Assembly: GCA_024137785.1 (NCBI GenBank)
Contig: JAHRHZ010000016.1
Location: 38,811,305-38,875,304, forward strand
Length of the DNA stretch: 64,000 nucleotides
Source: Ginglymostoma cirratum
Taxonomy: Eukaryota
Reading direction: 5' to 3'
The notes under the pieces are model-generated. The model ran no database searches, had not been told where the DNA came from, and saw nothing but the letters and a program-made list of their open reading frames with translations. Below are positions 23,713-34,641 of this stretch, piece after piece; the first letter of the stretch is position 1, and every line of letters starts with the position of its first letter. The translations under genes were made by a program, and so were the position numbers.

Positions 23713-25431
23713 TTTGACAACACCAGAATTCAGATTTAGATAAGCCAGCTTCTCATCTAAATTTCTTTGAGACCTAGTTCCAGAAGAAATATTTTGTTTG
23801 CCTGAAAAATGGACCAGGCTTGTATGTCAATGTCATTTTTCTGGTCTTCTACTAACTTTAAAAAAATTGTCTAACTCCATCCAACTCCACCCACCTGAAT
23901 CCAAACTCCTACAAAAAAGAACCTTCATTTGATACTGACTTTATGGACTCAGGCAAAAATAAAGTGGCTTAATGTCTATAATGATAGTAATTGCTCAGAT
24001 CTTGAATGAACAAACCATGTTTCTGTTTTAACCCTAAAACAAGTTTGTTGGAAGTCTTTATTAAACTGGAATTTTAAAAATTGACAGTTTAGGGGAAACA
24101 TGCCACAACCCATTTTAAAGAGCAAAAGAAGCTTTTTTTAAATAAACTGCTGTTTATGGACAGAGGAGAAACAAACAATAATTGAATTATCTCCCTCACC
24201 CAATCGTAAAAATACATTTGAGTCTGCTGTCTGTTTGCTGCTGATCACTTAGGGTGTGTGAAGATTATTCGCCTGTGCATATGTGGAGTATTATTATGCA
24301 TATATGTTATTTATTTAAATAAATAAACTTCAGGAAAATAATGTAAAGATGGATTTAGAAACTCAAGGATGACAACTGGTGAGAACTTGCCAACGATTAA
24401 ATCAGAAACTTGCAAAGATCATGTTTGCACGCATGATAAAATATTTTGCCCTACAATAAGGCATTCTTCAGGGCCTAATAATGATTTTCTCACCTGTGGC
24501 TTCTTCCCTTTTGTCTCACTCATCTTTTACCCTCAGTTGCTGTTGCTCCTACGTTATTGGAAATAATAGGAATGCTGGCCATAAACTTAATAGCTTTAAA
24601 ATACATGGTTGAAATGGGAAAGATTTTCTGGCCATAAACTATGGAATGACAATTTGTAGTTCTTTTGGCAAACAGCTAAAATAACAAAATGCTGTCCTCA
24701 AATACGTTTCTGTCAAAGCTGATCTTTCAGCTTCTTCCTGTCTCTGCTCCATTGATGGGAGAAGATCCTTTGACCATTATCCACCTGCAGTGTGCAATTT
24801 GCATCCTAACCTCCTTCAACCTGCCACATCTCTCATCGCCTTCAAAAGCTTCCCTAAAACCTACATCATCAACTGCCTATTTCATTTCCTCCCAGACCCT
24901 TTCTCAAGCCTGTTTAGTGTTCAATCCTTCTTATGAAGTTCTTTGATATTTTGTGCAAATGTGGGTGGTTGTTGTTGAGTTGTGTGAGGCTGAAGGAAAC
25001 TTCAATGCAGTAAATCGTCTGCCTAAGATGACCCTTGGGACCCATTTGGAGAGCAAGTTAGAAAAGGTTTCTTACAGAGGAGGTGTTTTAAGTAGATTCT
25101 CTATTAGTAAGGGAGCCATAAAAAGTGCATTATGCACAGACAGCTGTAAAGCAGACATCCTTATAAAGAGACTCTGCTGAGTCATTCATCCAAAAGCTAT
25201 ACAATGATAAGAGTTTGTGAGTGTCCTGGTTTACTTAAGCACTTCACACAATTTTTGACACTTGGTAGCTTTAGCTGATTAAATTATAGAATTTTGTAAG
25301 GTGCCTTCAGCAACGTTAAAGATTTTGTTCCTTGTTCAATTTTTTTTTTCAAATTGTACAAAATGGTGCTGTTTCATCAGAAACAGCTTCAAAATAACCC
25401 CACATTTACCTAAGGGTGATAGGATACTAGC

Positions 25432-26200
25432 ACATGACATAGGAGCAGGGGTAGACCATTGAGCTTATGAGTTTGCTCGGCCATTCAAGAGGATTATGGC
25501 TGATTGCTTTGTGTTTTAAATTCTCATCAACAGAAACCGCCTTTGAATCTCATACCTGTTTTATATCTGTTGCTGCCTGAAAAATATTCCATAACTCACT
25601 TCCACTGTCTTCCAAAGTCGCACTACCCTTTATGAGGAAAAAATTCTCCTCATCTCTGTCCCAAAATTGTGACCCTTAATTTTGCAACCATGCTTCCTAG
25701 TTCTGGATTTATTCACATGAGTCCACCCTGCCTAGACCATTCCCTATCCTGTGCAGTTCAATCAAGTCACCCCTCACATTTCAGTACTCCAGTGGAAACA
25801 AACCATGTCTGTCCAATCTTTCTTCATAGGAAAACGCACTGCTGTTGTGACAGCTGTTCTATCCCTATGTCTGAGCCAAGAAGGCTAGATTAAGTCCTAC
25901 CTGTTCCAGAGGCTTGGCGTAATATCTCTGAACAGCTTGACTGGAAAATGTCTAAGGCAACATACTCATTTCAGGTATCATTCTGGTAAACTTCATCTGA
26001 ACCACCACCAATACATCTCCATCCTTCCTTAAATAAGGAGACATTGACTGGCACGTGATATTTGCGATGTGGTCTCTCCAACCCCTGTCTAATTGCAACC
26101 AAACATCCTTACTTTAATGTTCAATTCCTCTCATAATAAAGCAAAGCATTATATTAATTGTCTTGATTACATGTTATTACATATTAATCTTCTGACATCA
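25432..26200 (-). mobile_element. Old CR1 3' fragment with a small SINE-like insert near 25846-25955
   Basis: acataggagcaggggtagaccatt...ggattatggctgat is the reverse complement of a CR1 tail, and ORF2 C-terminal sequence follows. Confidence 0.75.
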
Positions 26201-26364
26201 TGTCAGATATTTGCAAGAAACGTCCTGCTGATTTCCACCTATCATGCCCACTTAGCTGATGAATTAGTGCTCCTCCATGTTAAGCACCAGTTGGAAGATA
26301 TACTGAGGGTAGCCAGCATACAGAATATACTGAACGGGGAACTCTTCAACATCTCCAGAGTTGA

Positions 26365-26762
26365 TAAAAATGACAGGAGATGTAATTGAGATATGCAAGA
26401 TGCTAAAGGGGGATTGAACAAAGTAGATTTAGAAAGGATGTTTCCTATGGCTGGGCAATTTAGAAGAAAGGTCATAGTTTTAGGCTGAGGGATTGCCTGG
26501 TTAAAATAGAGATGAGAAATTACTTCTCTCAAAGGGTTATGAATCTATGGAAGTCACTATCCGTGAGTGTGGTGGTTGCCAGGACTGAGTTAATTCTAAG
26601 GATGAGAGAGGCAGACTTTTAATTAGTAATAGTCTAACTATTGTGGAGAGCAGGCAGGCAAGTAGAGTTGAGGCTAAGAGAAGATCAGCCATGATCATGT
26701 TAAATGGCAGAACAGGCTTGAGGGGCTGAATTACCTACTCCTGTTCCTGGTTCTCATGTTCT
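26365..26762 (+). mobile_element. CR1 3' fragment
   Basis: GDVIEICKMLKG..KVDLERMFP, and the tail atcagccatgatc...ctactcctgttcctggttctcatgttct. Confidence 0.85.
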
Positions 26763-28300
26763 CTCTGGTTCCTTCAGCCCAGTTGAGTGATGTCAATGGT
26801 CCATGAGCACACATGCTTCTAGCAGCCTGTCGCTGATAGTTGACACCACGAGCTGCATGTACGTTGTAGACAGCACATAATATACTCTTAGAGGGGAACT
26901 CTTCAACGTTCTTTCAATTTAGAACAGTTGCAAGGTAATCTAGAAGAGAGGCCATAGTTTTCAGATAAAAGAATTACAACAGATGAAAATAAATTACATT
27001 TCTTAAAGGGTCATGAATCTATGGAATTTTTGTTAGCCACCAGTTTCTTTTCAAACTCTTTCTCTCTTTGTATCTCTTATTTCCTTTTTTAATTCTCTGA
27101 ACTTGTTGTTTTCAGTTTTTTCTCATTTATATTATCTTGTGCATGTCACAGGCATCCTTTTTGTGCTTCACCTTTTGTATATGTCTTTCAGTATCTAGGG
27201 TGCTCTGGTTTTGGTGACGTTACATTGTTTGGTACAGCCAAGGTATATTCTTAAAAGGAAAACAATCTCTATTTCAAACATAACTCAATATTCCGCTGCA
27301 GATTTTCCCAGCAAATTTAGATTGCAGTTTACTTGGGGCGAACACATTGTCGTCTCACTGAAATTGACATTTGTCAAATTAATTACTTTTACTCTAGATC
27401 ATTCCTGGTCCTTTTTGAATGTAAGATTATCCAATCTTCTCCACTGCTTTTGAACAACTGGAAACTAGTCACATTGAAAATTCCAATATCTGCATAATGC
27501 ATTTAAATATGAATACTCCAAGTAAATGCTGACTCTGTTTTTGATCTTGACATTTTACAGCACCTATATTACAGTTTGAAATACAAATCTGATTTATCAC
27601 CAAGTTTTGAATATTATTCAGTCATAGCGCTGACAGCTTTCACTAACTATGTGCTGAGCAATAAAATGTTCTTAGCAACTCCCAAGTCTTAATAACAATC
27701 CCTTCTTTGGGAGGCTTTCTTCTGGGGGCCCAATAGCTCCAGGAGGAGAGTGATTAACACATCCAGTCGTGATGTTATTCTATTGGTCCTTACAGAATAG
27801 CAGTTGTTTAAATTCATTGCCAGCTGAGTGTATGTTTTTACTTCATGCTCAGTAAGTCAGTTACATCTATATTCCAGTTACCTTTAACCTAAAACATTGT
27901 GGTAACAAACTAAACCAAAAAAAATGGACTTTTAATAATGCAGTTTTAATGAGGTTTTGAAAGGTGAAATAGTCTACCCAATGGATTTTGCGTTTAATGT
28001 AGACTTTCATGTGCCGGTGTCAAAGTGACTTATTTCAGCAGTTTAATGGATTTGGGATACTTTGCAGTTATGTTGTATATTATGAAGGCATCACAGTCAG
28101 GACATAAAGCCTACCACGTAAAATCAGACTAAAGTTGAAAATACCGGACAAAATGTCAAACAGGGAGTTACAAGTAGTTTCTGCTAAATTTGGATTTCAA
28201 AATCCTGCAAGTTATAATAGTAGTTAAAGGAAAGTAAAATGTTCAACGGTTTTGGAGAAGTATGAACTATAGTGGGAGGCATTGACACAATTCTTGAGGT

Positions 28301-29576
28301 CAACAAAACAGAACTTGCTGGAAAAACTCAGCAGGTCAGGCAGTATCTGTGGATAGAAAGCAGAATTAATGTTTTGGATTCAGTGACCCTTTTTCAGAAC
28401 AATTGCAGCTGGGAAAAGGTTGGTATATATGCCAAAGAAGGGGTGGGAAGGATCATGATAAGTCGACATGGAACTCAGAGAGAGAGAGAGAGAGAGAGAC
28501 AGTTGGACAGACAAAGGACTGTATAAAGGTCAGCCTGAGAGACTCAATAGTTACTAATGGGGACAGTTAGTGGCTGACAATGAGTTATTTGTGGTAGCAG
28601 CCCATGTGATGACAAGGCCTGGTGTGTAGGAGTTGACGTAAGGACACGGAAGAAGATGCTCAAGCCCTAAAATTGTTGAACTCTATATTGAGCCTCGAAG
28701 GCGGCAGGGTTCCTAAGTGGGAAATGAGATGTAGTTCTTCCAGCTTGCACTGACCTTCGCTGGAGCACTGCAGCAAGCCTAAGATTGAGATGTTAGTTGG
28801 AGAATATGGTGGTTGTTGAAGTCACAGGCAACTGGAAGCTTAGGATCATTTTTGCGGTCAGAACATAGGTCTTCTACAAAGTGGTCATCCAGTCTACACT
28901 TTGTCTCCACAATGTCGAGGAGACCACATTGTGAGCAGTGAATGCAGTAGACTAGATTGAGTGAAGGACAGGTAAATCGCTGCCTCACCTGGAAGGTGTG
29001 TCTGGGGCCTTTGATATTGAGGGAGGATGAAGTAAACGTGTAGGTGTTGCACCTTCAACAGTTGCAGGGGAAGGTATCATGGGGATGTGGGGAGGTGTTG
29101 GGAGTGGAGGAGGAGTGGACCAGAGAACTCCACACCTTTCTGGATTCAATATCAATTTCATCAATTTTAGAATTTGAACACTTTCTCTGAAGCCTTTACC
29201 CCAAAACCCACACACCAGGGTCCACACTGTGTTATCTCTTGTCATCACATGGGCTGCTACCACAAATAACTCATTGTCAGCCACTAATGGTCCCCATCAG
29301 TGGCTATTGAGTCTCTCAGACTGACCTTTATCCATTCCTTTGTCTGCCCAACTGTTTTTCCTCTCTCTCTCTGCTCCATTTCCACCTATTGTTTACTCTT
29401 TCCCCCTCCCCTCACCCCATCTTTAGCACATATACAAACGTTTACTCAAGAGTTATCAGCTCTAGAGGAGGGTCACCCATTTTCTCTCCACAGATGCTGC
29501 CAGACCTGCTAAGTTTTTTCTAGCAATTTCTGTTTTTGTTTCTGATTTTCAGCATCTGTAGTCCCTTGTTTTTTTT
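28301..29576 (-). mobile_element. PLE family B fold-back insertion: GIY-YIG region flanked by ~400-bp inverted arms
   Basis: Minus ORF 28779-28988 reads RQRFTCPSLNLVYCIHCSQCGLLDIVETKCRLDDHFVED (decayed GIY-YIG). 28301-28705 is the diverged reverse complement of ~29132-29540. Confidence 0.88.
28477..28499. repeat. (GA)n microsatellite inside the PLE arm
   Basis: agagagagagagagagagagaga. Confidence 0.95.
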
Positions 29577-30183
29577 CATTGTCAATTCCCCTTGGTTTCA
29601 AGCTCATATAATCTTGTGTATTACCAGTATTTATCAACATTTCATATTTCATTGAAAGGATGAATGCATAGATACACTCCTAACTACAAAAAAAATCAGT
29701 TTTATATCATATTCTTGCATCCCTTCAATTTTTGTGACCTTGTTGGAAAATTTTAAAGTTTACGAATTGTGAAAGAGACAGATCGCTTCTGTGTAATTAC
29801 AACAATTAAATCTACCATTTTGCCTGCATAGTATCCAAATAGACTGTGTTGCAATGTAAAAATAACTGTCTCTGCCTTCACTAATCCATTCATTCCAGGG
29901 TTCAAAGCCAGTATTCTTTCGGAACTAAGACAAAATCTAGTATTCTGATTTTTTTTCTTTTTGTACAAAATGATTTTTTTTCACAAACTGTAGGAATTCT
30001 TTTCTCTCAAGAGATATATTTTATTGGCAAATAGATTGGAGCTACAAACAGCAACCAGTATATGTTTGAGAGAGATGCTGCATGCATCAAAGAGGGTCAA
30101 AAAGACTTTGTGGGTAAACAAAACATAAAAGGCCAACATTACTTGTGGTGGCTATATTTATGCATACTAAAGATAAAATAATC

Positions 30184-30708
30184 ATTTATAAAGCATCTTT
30201 CAGGGCCTCAGAATATGCAACCACTTCATGCAATGAAATATTTTGACATGTCATCTTTACTGTAATTTAGAAAACATGGCAGTCCATTTACACACAACAA
30301 ACTCCTCAAAACAACCACATGACAATTTATGAAGAAGGGTCCCGATCCGAAACGTCAACTTTGCTGCACCTCTGATGCTGCCTGGCCTGCTGAGTTCCTC
30401 CAGCTCCACACTGTGTTAACTCTAATTTCTTTGTCTGGGATGTTGTTTGAAGAATTAGTACTGAAGAGGGTATCAGGATAACTCACTAATTTTTTTTTTT
30501 GCGAAAACCGTGCCAGAGGATATTTTGTGTTCACCTGAATGGGTACACATGACAATGTAACATTCCATGTGAAAGACAGGGCCTCCAACATTGCAACATT
30601 CCCTCAATACTGCGCTTGTATACCAATCTAGATTTCCTACTTAAGTTCAGCAGTTGGGTTTGAACCCCTCTTCTCCTGAATCAGCAGCAAGACTTATGAT
30701 TGACACCT
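30184..30708 (-). mobile_element. DeuSINE (SacSINE1-like) element, interrupted by a PLE fragment
   Basis: B-box on the minus strand (gggtttgaaccc), Deu-like core (gtgccagaggatattttgtgttcacctgaa...gaaagacagggcctccaacattgcaacattccctcaatactgc) and an L2-like tail near 30184. Confidence 0.7.
30329..30430 (+). mobile_element. Short PLE family A insertion starting at the hammerhead motif
   Basis: TGAAGA-AGGG-TCCCGA-TCC-GAAACGTC at 30330-30356, then tctgatgctgcctggcctgctgagttcctccagctccacactgtgttaactct. No clear TSD. Confidence 0.8.
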
Positions 30709-31108
30709 TAGATGTAAAAAGGGATCCTTAATTAATTGAGAAATGAATAATGATGCCTCTTGTGCAAGAAAATATAGAAAACTAAAAAGAGGACATATAG
30801 GGAAAAGTTAGTAGGTGATAGAAACCTTTTTAAAACAAAAATTACAGGAGAGCAGGAAAAACAGGATGGTAATCAGTTACAGTGAAAGGTACTGAAGTGT
30901 TTGATCAGGCATGGTTGTATTGAATCATGGAGGTAGGCTCAGTGACCTAATCCTGTTCCTATGTTCCTACATGGTACGTCATATTTATAGATTTGGAAGA
31001 GTAAAGGAAGAAAGTTTAGAATGAAGTGTGGTTGCCTTAAGGATGAATTTTAATGATAAGTGTTATGTACATGACTCTATTCTTTGATGATGCAAGTTGA
31101 AGCAAGTT

Positions 31109-31472
31109 GGGCAGCATGGTGGCTCAATGGTTAGCACTATTGTCTCACTGTGCCAGGGACCTGGGTTCAATTCGAGCCTTGAGCAGCTTTCTGTGTAGAG
31201 TTTGCATGTTCTCCCCATGTCTGTGTGAGTTTCCGCTGGGTGCTCCGGTTTCCTCCCACAGTCCAAGATGTGCAGGTTCGTTGGATGGACCTTGCTAAAT
31301 TGCCTGATAGCATCCAGTGATGTGCGGGCTAGGTGGATTAGCCATGGGGAATGCAGAGTTACAGGGATAGCACTGAGGTGTTGGGGTGGACTGGTTGGGA
31401 TGATCTTCAGAGGTTCAGTGTAAACTCAATGGGCCAAATTGCCTCTTTCTGCACTGTCAGGATTCTGATTCT
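31109..31472 (+). mobile_element. HE1-type V-SINE
   Basis: A-box tggctcaatgg, B-box ggttcaattc, V domain and CR1-like tail. Confidence 0.9.
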
Positions 31473-31799
31473 TTATTTCAGTGATTCTAAGCAGCCTGTG
31501 TGAAATGAAATTCAATGGAGGTAACTGAGCAAGAAAAGATATTTCCATTCAAGAGCTAAAACTCAAATCCCTAGTTAACCAACTTGATCCCTCTCTTTGG
31601 CAACTGTCTGAGGCAAAACCAGATTATTCGCAACCTTGGTGTTATATTTGACTGCTTAATGAGTTTTCATATTGAACATGGATATATTTATTGATCATAT
31701 TGCATCATGGCTATGTTACTAAACTCATAATCAAGAACACTGGGATAATGATCCAGAGAACTATGTTCAATAATCAAGGAGTTTGGTTGAACTAATGCA

Positions 31800-32420
31800 G
31801 ATATGGATATACAGTTGACATAATAAGTCAGTGCGAACAACATTCACACCATGAAAATGCCAGGCAACAGCAATTTCTAATAAGAAGTTTAACCAGTAAT
31901 GATAATATTAATCAATAATATTATCATCAATGAATTCCAATCTGTCAGCAGCTTGGCTCCCAGCATTAACCAGAAATGTTATTGAAACTCTGCATAAAAA
32001 TTATGTGACAAAAACAGTGTAAAACCTGAGCATTCTGCAGTGACTGTCTCCACAAAGTCATTCCATGATGTACAAAGCAGAAATCAGGGCTGTATTAGAA
32101 TATTGTCTGCATATCTAGATAAGTGCAGCTTCAGCGTTAGTCAGGAAGCTCAGTACCAACCAGGATAAAGCAGCCTGCTTGATATCCACAACTTCAAGCA
32201 TTCACTTCCTCCATCACAGATGCACTGTGTATGTGTATTGTCTCCAAGCTGCCCTGTAGCAACTCACCAAAGTTTCTTCAACACCTCCTTCCAAATCCAT
32301 AACCTTTAGCACCTGGAATGGCAAAGATTGTTGACCAATGGAAAACCACCATCTCAAACTTCATTTCCAAGATGCCTGTGATCCTGATTTGGAAGTATAT
32401 CTTTCATCATTTGGATCATT
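31800..32420 (+). mobile_element. Old fragment of the second LINE family (CR1/L2 superfamily)
   Basis: Colinear with 43330-43870 (caggataaagcagcctgcttgat...caagcattcacttcctccatcac). Confidence 0.65.
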
Positions 32421-33719
32421 CCCCTGGCTGGATTACTTCAACTGCTGCTGTCCTCTCCTCGTCATCTCTTTCTGGATAACTATAAGTGCTGCTGCCGTCT
32501 GCTATTCTGGAGTGACATCTCAAAGCAAAACATGAATGGCTGTGCAGTTTATCCATCCCTGCCTGTAGATTCTCTTTTTGACTCCACCTGAGATGAATGG
32601 GTAGTTTCCCTGTGATAGCAGATGGAGAATCTCCCTTCTGACATGGAAACGTATGACCAGTGATGCCTTGTACTTTGCATCATTCACACCGATTTCACAC
32701 ATCATGAACATCTCCTATATCCTTGATGTATGCTCCAAGGAACTCTTTATGTTCATGCAGCTATGTCCCTGGATACTCCCACATTGATCCCAGAGCTTGA
32801 AGCTATTACCTGCAATCCCCTTCAGTGCCTTTGATCTTTTTTTCATCACCCACATTCTGTTCCCCTCGACACTCAACACCTCATCAATAACATTTACGGT
32901 ATAACCTTGTTTCTCTTTCTCTACAATTATAATTCCCTTCCCTTTTGTAAATATTGACTTTCCTTGTTTCTTCCTCTTTCTTTTGTCAGTATTCTGTGAG
33001 ACCTTCTTTGGCCATCATACACTATCCATTTAATATCAAACTGGAAAATCAAATATTTTTAACAATTTTCCATTCTGACAAATATATGCCAGATTTTAAC
33101 CATTTAGATTTGATCAACACTAGGAGATGAAAAGCTTTCTCAAAGCCTTTCAAAGAGCTACTGTAGATTCCATGATGGGCTATGTAAGTCCCTCTAACAA
33201 AGGATACAAGAAAACTTTCCAACAAATATTCTAAGTATTACCTCAGGAAGAGAAACATTTTGCAAGATTTCAATATTCTTGTCAGAGGATATCTAACTCT
33301 CCTGAGATTTATAATTAAACGATAAAATTAGAGCTTTTAAAGCAAAACTTAAATTGCCCCTATCAGATTTCTTTTAGCCTCGTGGCAATTGTTTTCTTCA
33401 TCATCTTCATTCATCTGCTTCAAATAAGTGTGCCTCCTCATATCTTAGCTGTACAGTCCCTCATACAGAGAACATTCCAAGTGAAAATAAATCTTATTTT
33501 CGTACTTACTGAAGTAAAAAAGGGATGGAGGTGGCCAAATTAGATGATAAATCAAAATAAACAGGCTAATAGAAGAATTATTAATTGTTCCTAGATGAAC
33601 AGTTCAACAAAACTTGCAAATAAGCAAATAATTCCTTTGACAGTGGGTGGGGAGGAGCGATAGGAGCAAATATTTAATTTTAATTAAGATTGAACCCTGT
33701 ACATACTGGTCCAAACTTT

Positions 33720-33942
33720 GTGTTCACAGCAAATGCTTTTTGAAATTGCTGTGATGAATGAAAATGTTGAGATATACAGACAACAAGATTTTCGGTCAGT
33801 AAGGGAACTGAAGTTTTCGAGAGAAAGGATAGGAGAGTGGAGTTGAGGATTATCATATTACAAATAAACTCATTGAATGGCGAAGCAAACTGGATAGACT
33901 GAATGGTCTACTTCTGCTTTTACATCGTATGTTCTCTTTGAT
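33720..33942 (+). mobile_element. CR1 3' UTR remnant
   Basis: ctcattgaatggcgaagcaaactggatagactgaatggtctacttctgct matches the CR1 tails elsewhere in the window. Confidence 0.7.
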
Positions 33943-34547
33943 CTGTTAGACCCTGCCTTTCCAGGCAATAAATCCTACCATCTTCCCATAAATACCTACA
34001 GGATGACAAGACCTTATTACATCAATCTTACAGTAGGCAGTGGTGTCGTGGTAATGTCACCAGACTAATAATATAGAAACCCCAGCTAGTTTTCTGGGGA
34101 TATAAATTTAAATCCCACAGTGGAAGATGGTAAAGTTTGAATTTGGTAAAAATAATGTGGAATAGAAAGCTAGCCTAATGGTGTCCATATCGATTGTTTT
34201 AAAAATCCATCTGGCTCACTCATGTCCTTTAACAAAAGGACTTTTTTTAAACCTCATTGACGGGATGAGGGCATTGTTGGCTAGACCAAAATTTATTGCC
34301 CATTCCTAATTGTCCAGAGGGCAGGTAAGAGTGAACCACATTGCTGTGGGTCTGGAGTCCCATGTAGGCCAGACCAGGTAAACATGGCTGTTTCATTCCC
34401 TAGAGGACATTAGTGAACCAGATAGGTTTTTCCCAACAATCGACAATGGTTTCATGATCATCATCAGATTCTTAATTCCAGAATTTTATTGAATTCAAAT
34501 TCCACCAACTGCCATGATGGGATTTGAACATAGGCCCCCAAAACATT

Positions 34548-34641
34548 TTCTGATGAAGGGTCTAGGCCCGAAATGTCAAGCTTGCCTGCTCCTATGATGC
34601 TGCTTGGCCTGCTGTGTTCATCCAGCCCCACACCTTGTTAT
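34548..34641 (+). mobile_element. Short (94 bp) PLE family A insertion beginning at the hammerhead
   Basis: Perfect 13-bp TSD cccccaaaacatt at 34535-34547 and 34642-34654. The sequence matches 3444-3534. Confidence 0.92.
34550..34577 (+). ncRNA. Minimal hammerhead ribozyme motif
   Basis: CTGATGA-A-GGG-TCTAGG-CCC-GAAA-TG-TC. The catalytic boxes are intact and helix III has a C>T change. Confidence 0.6.
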
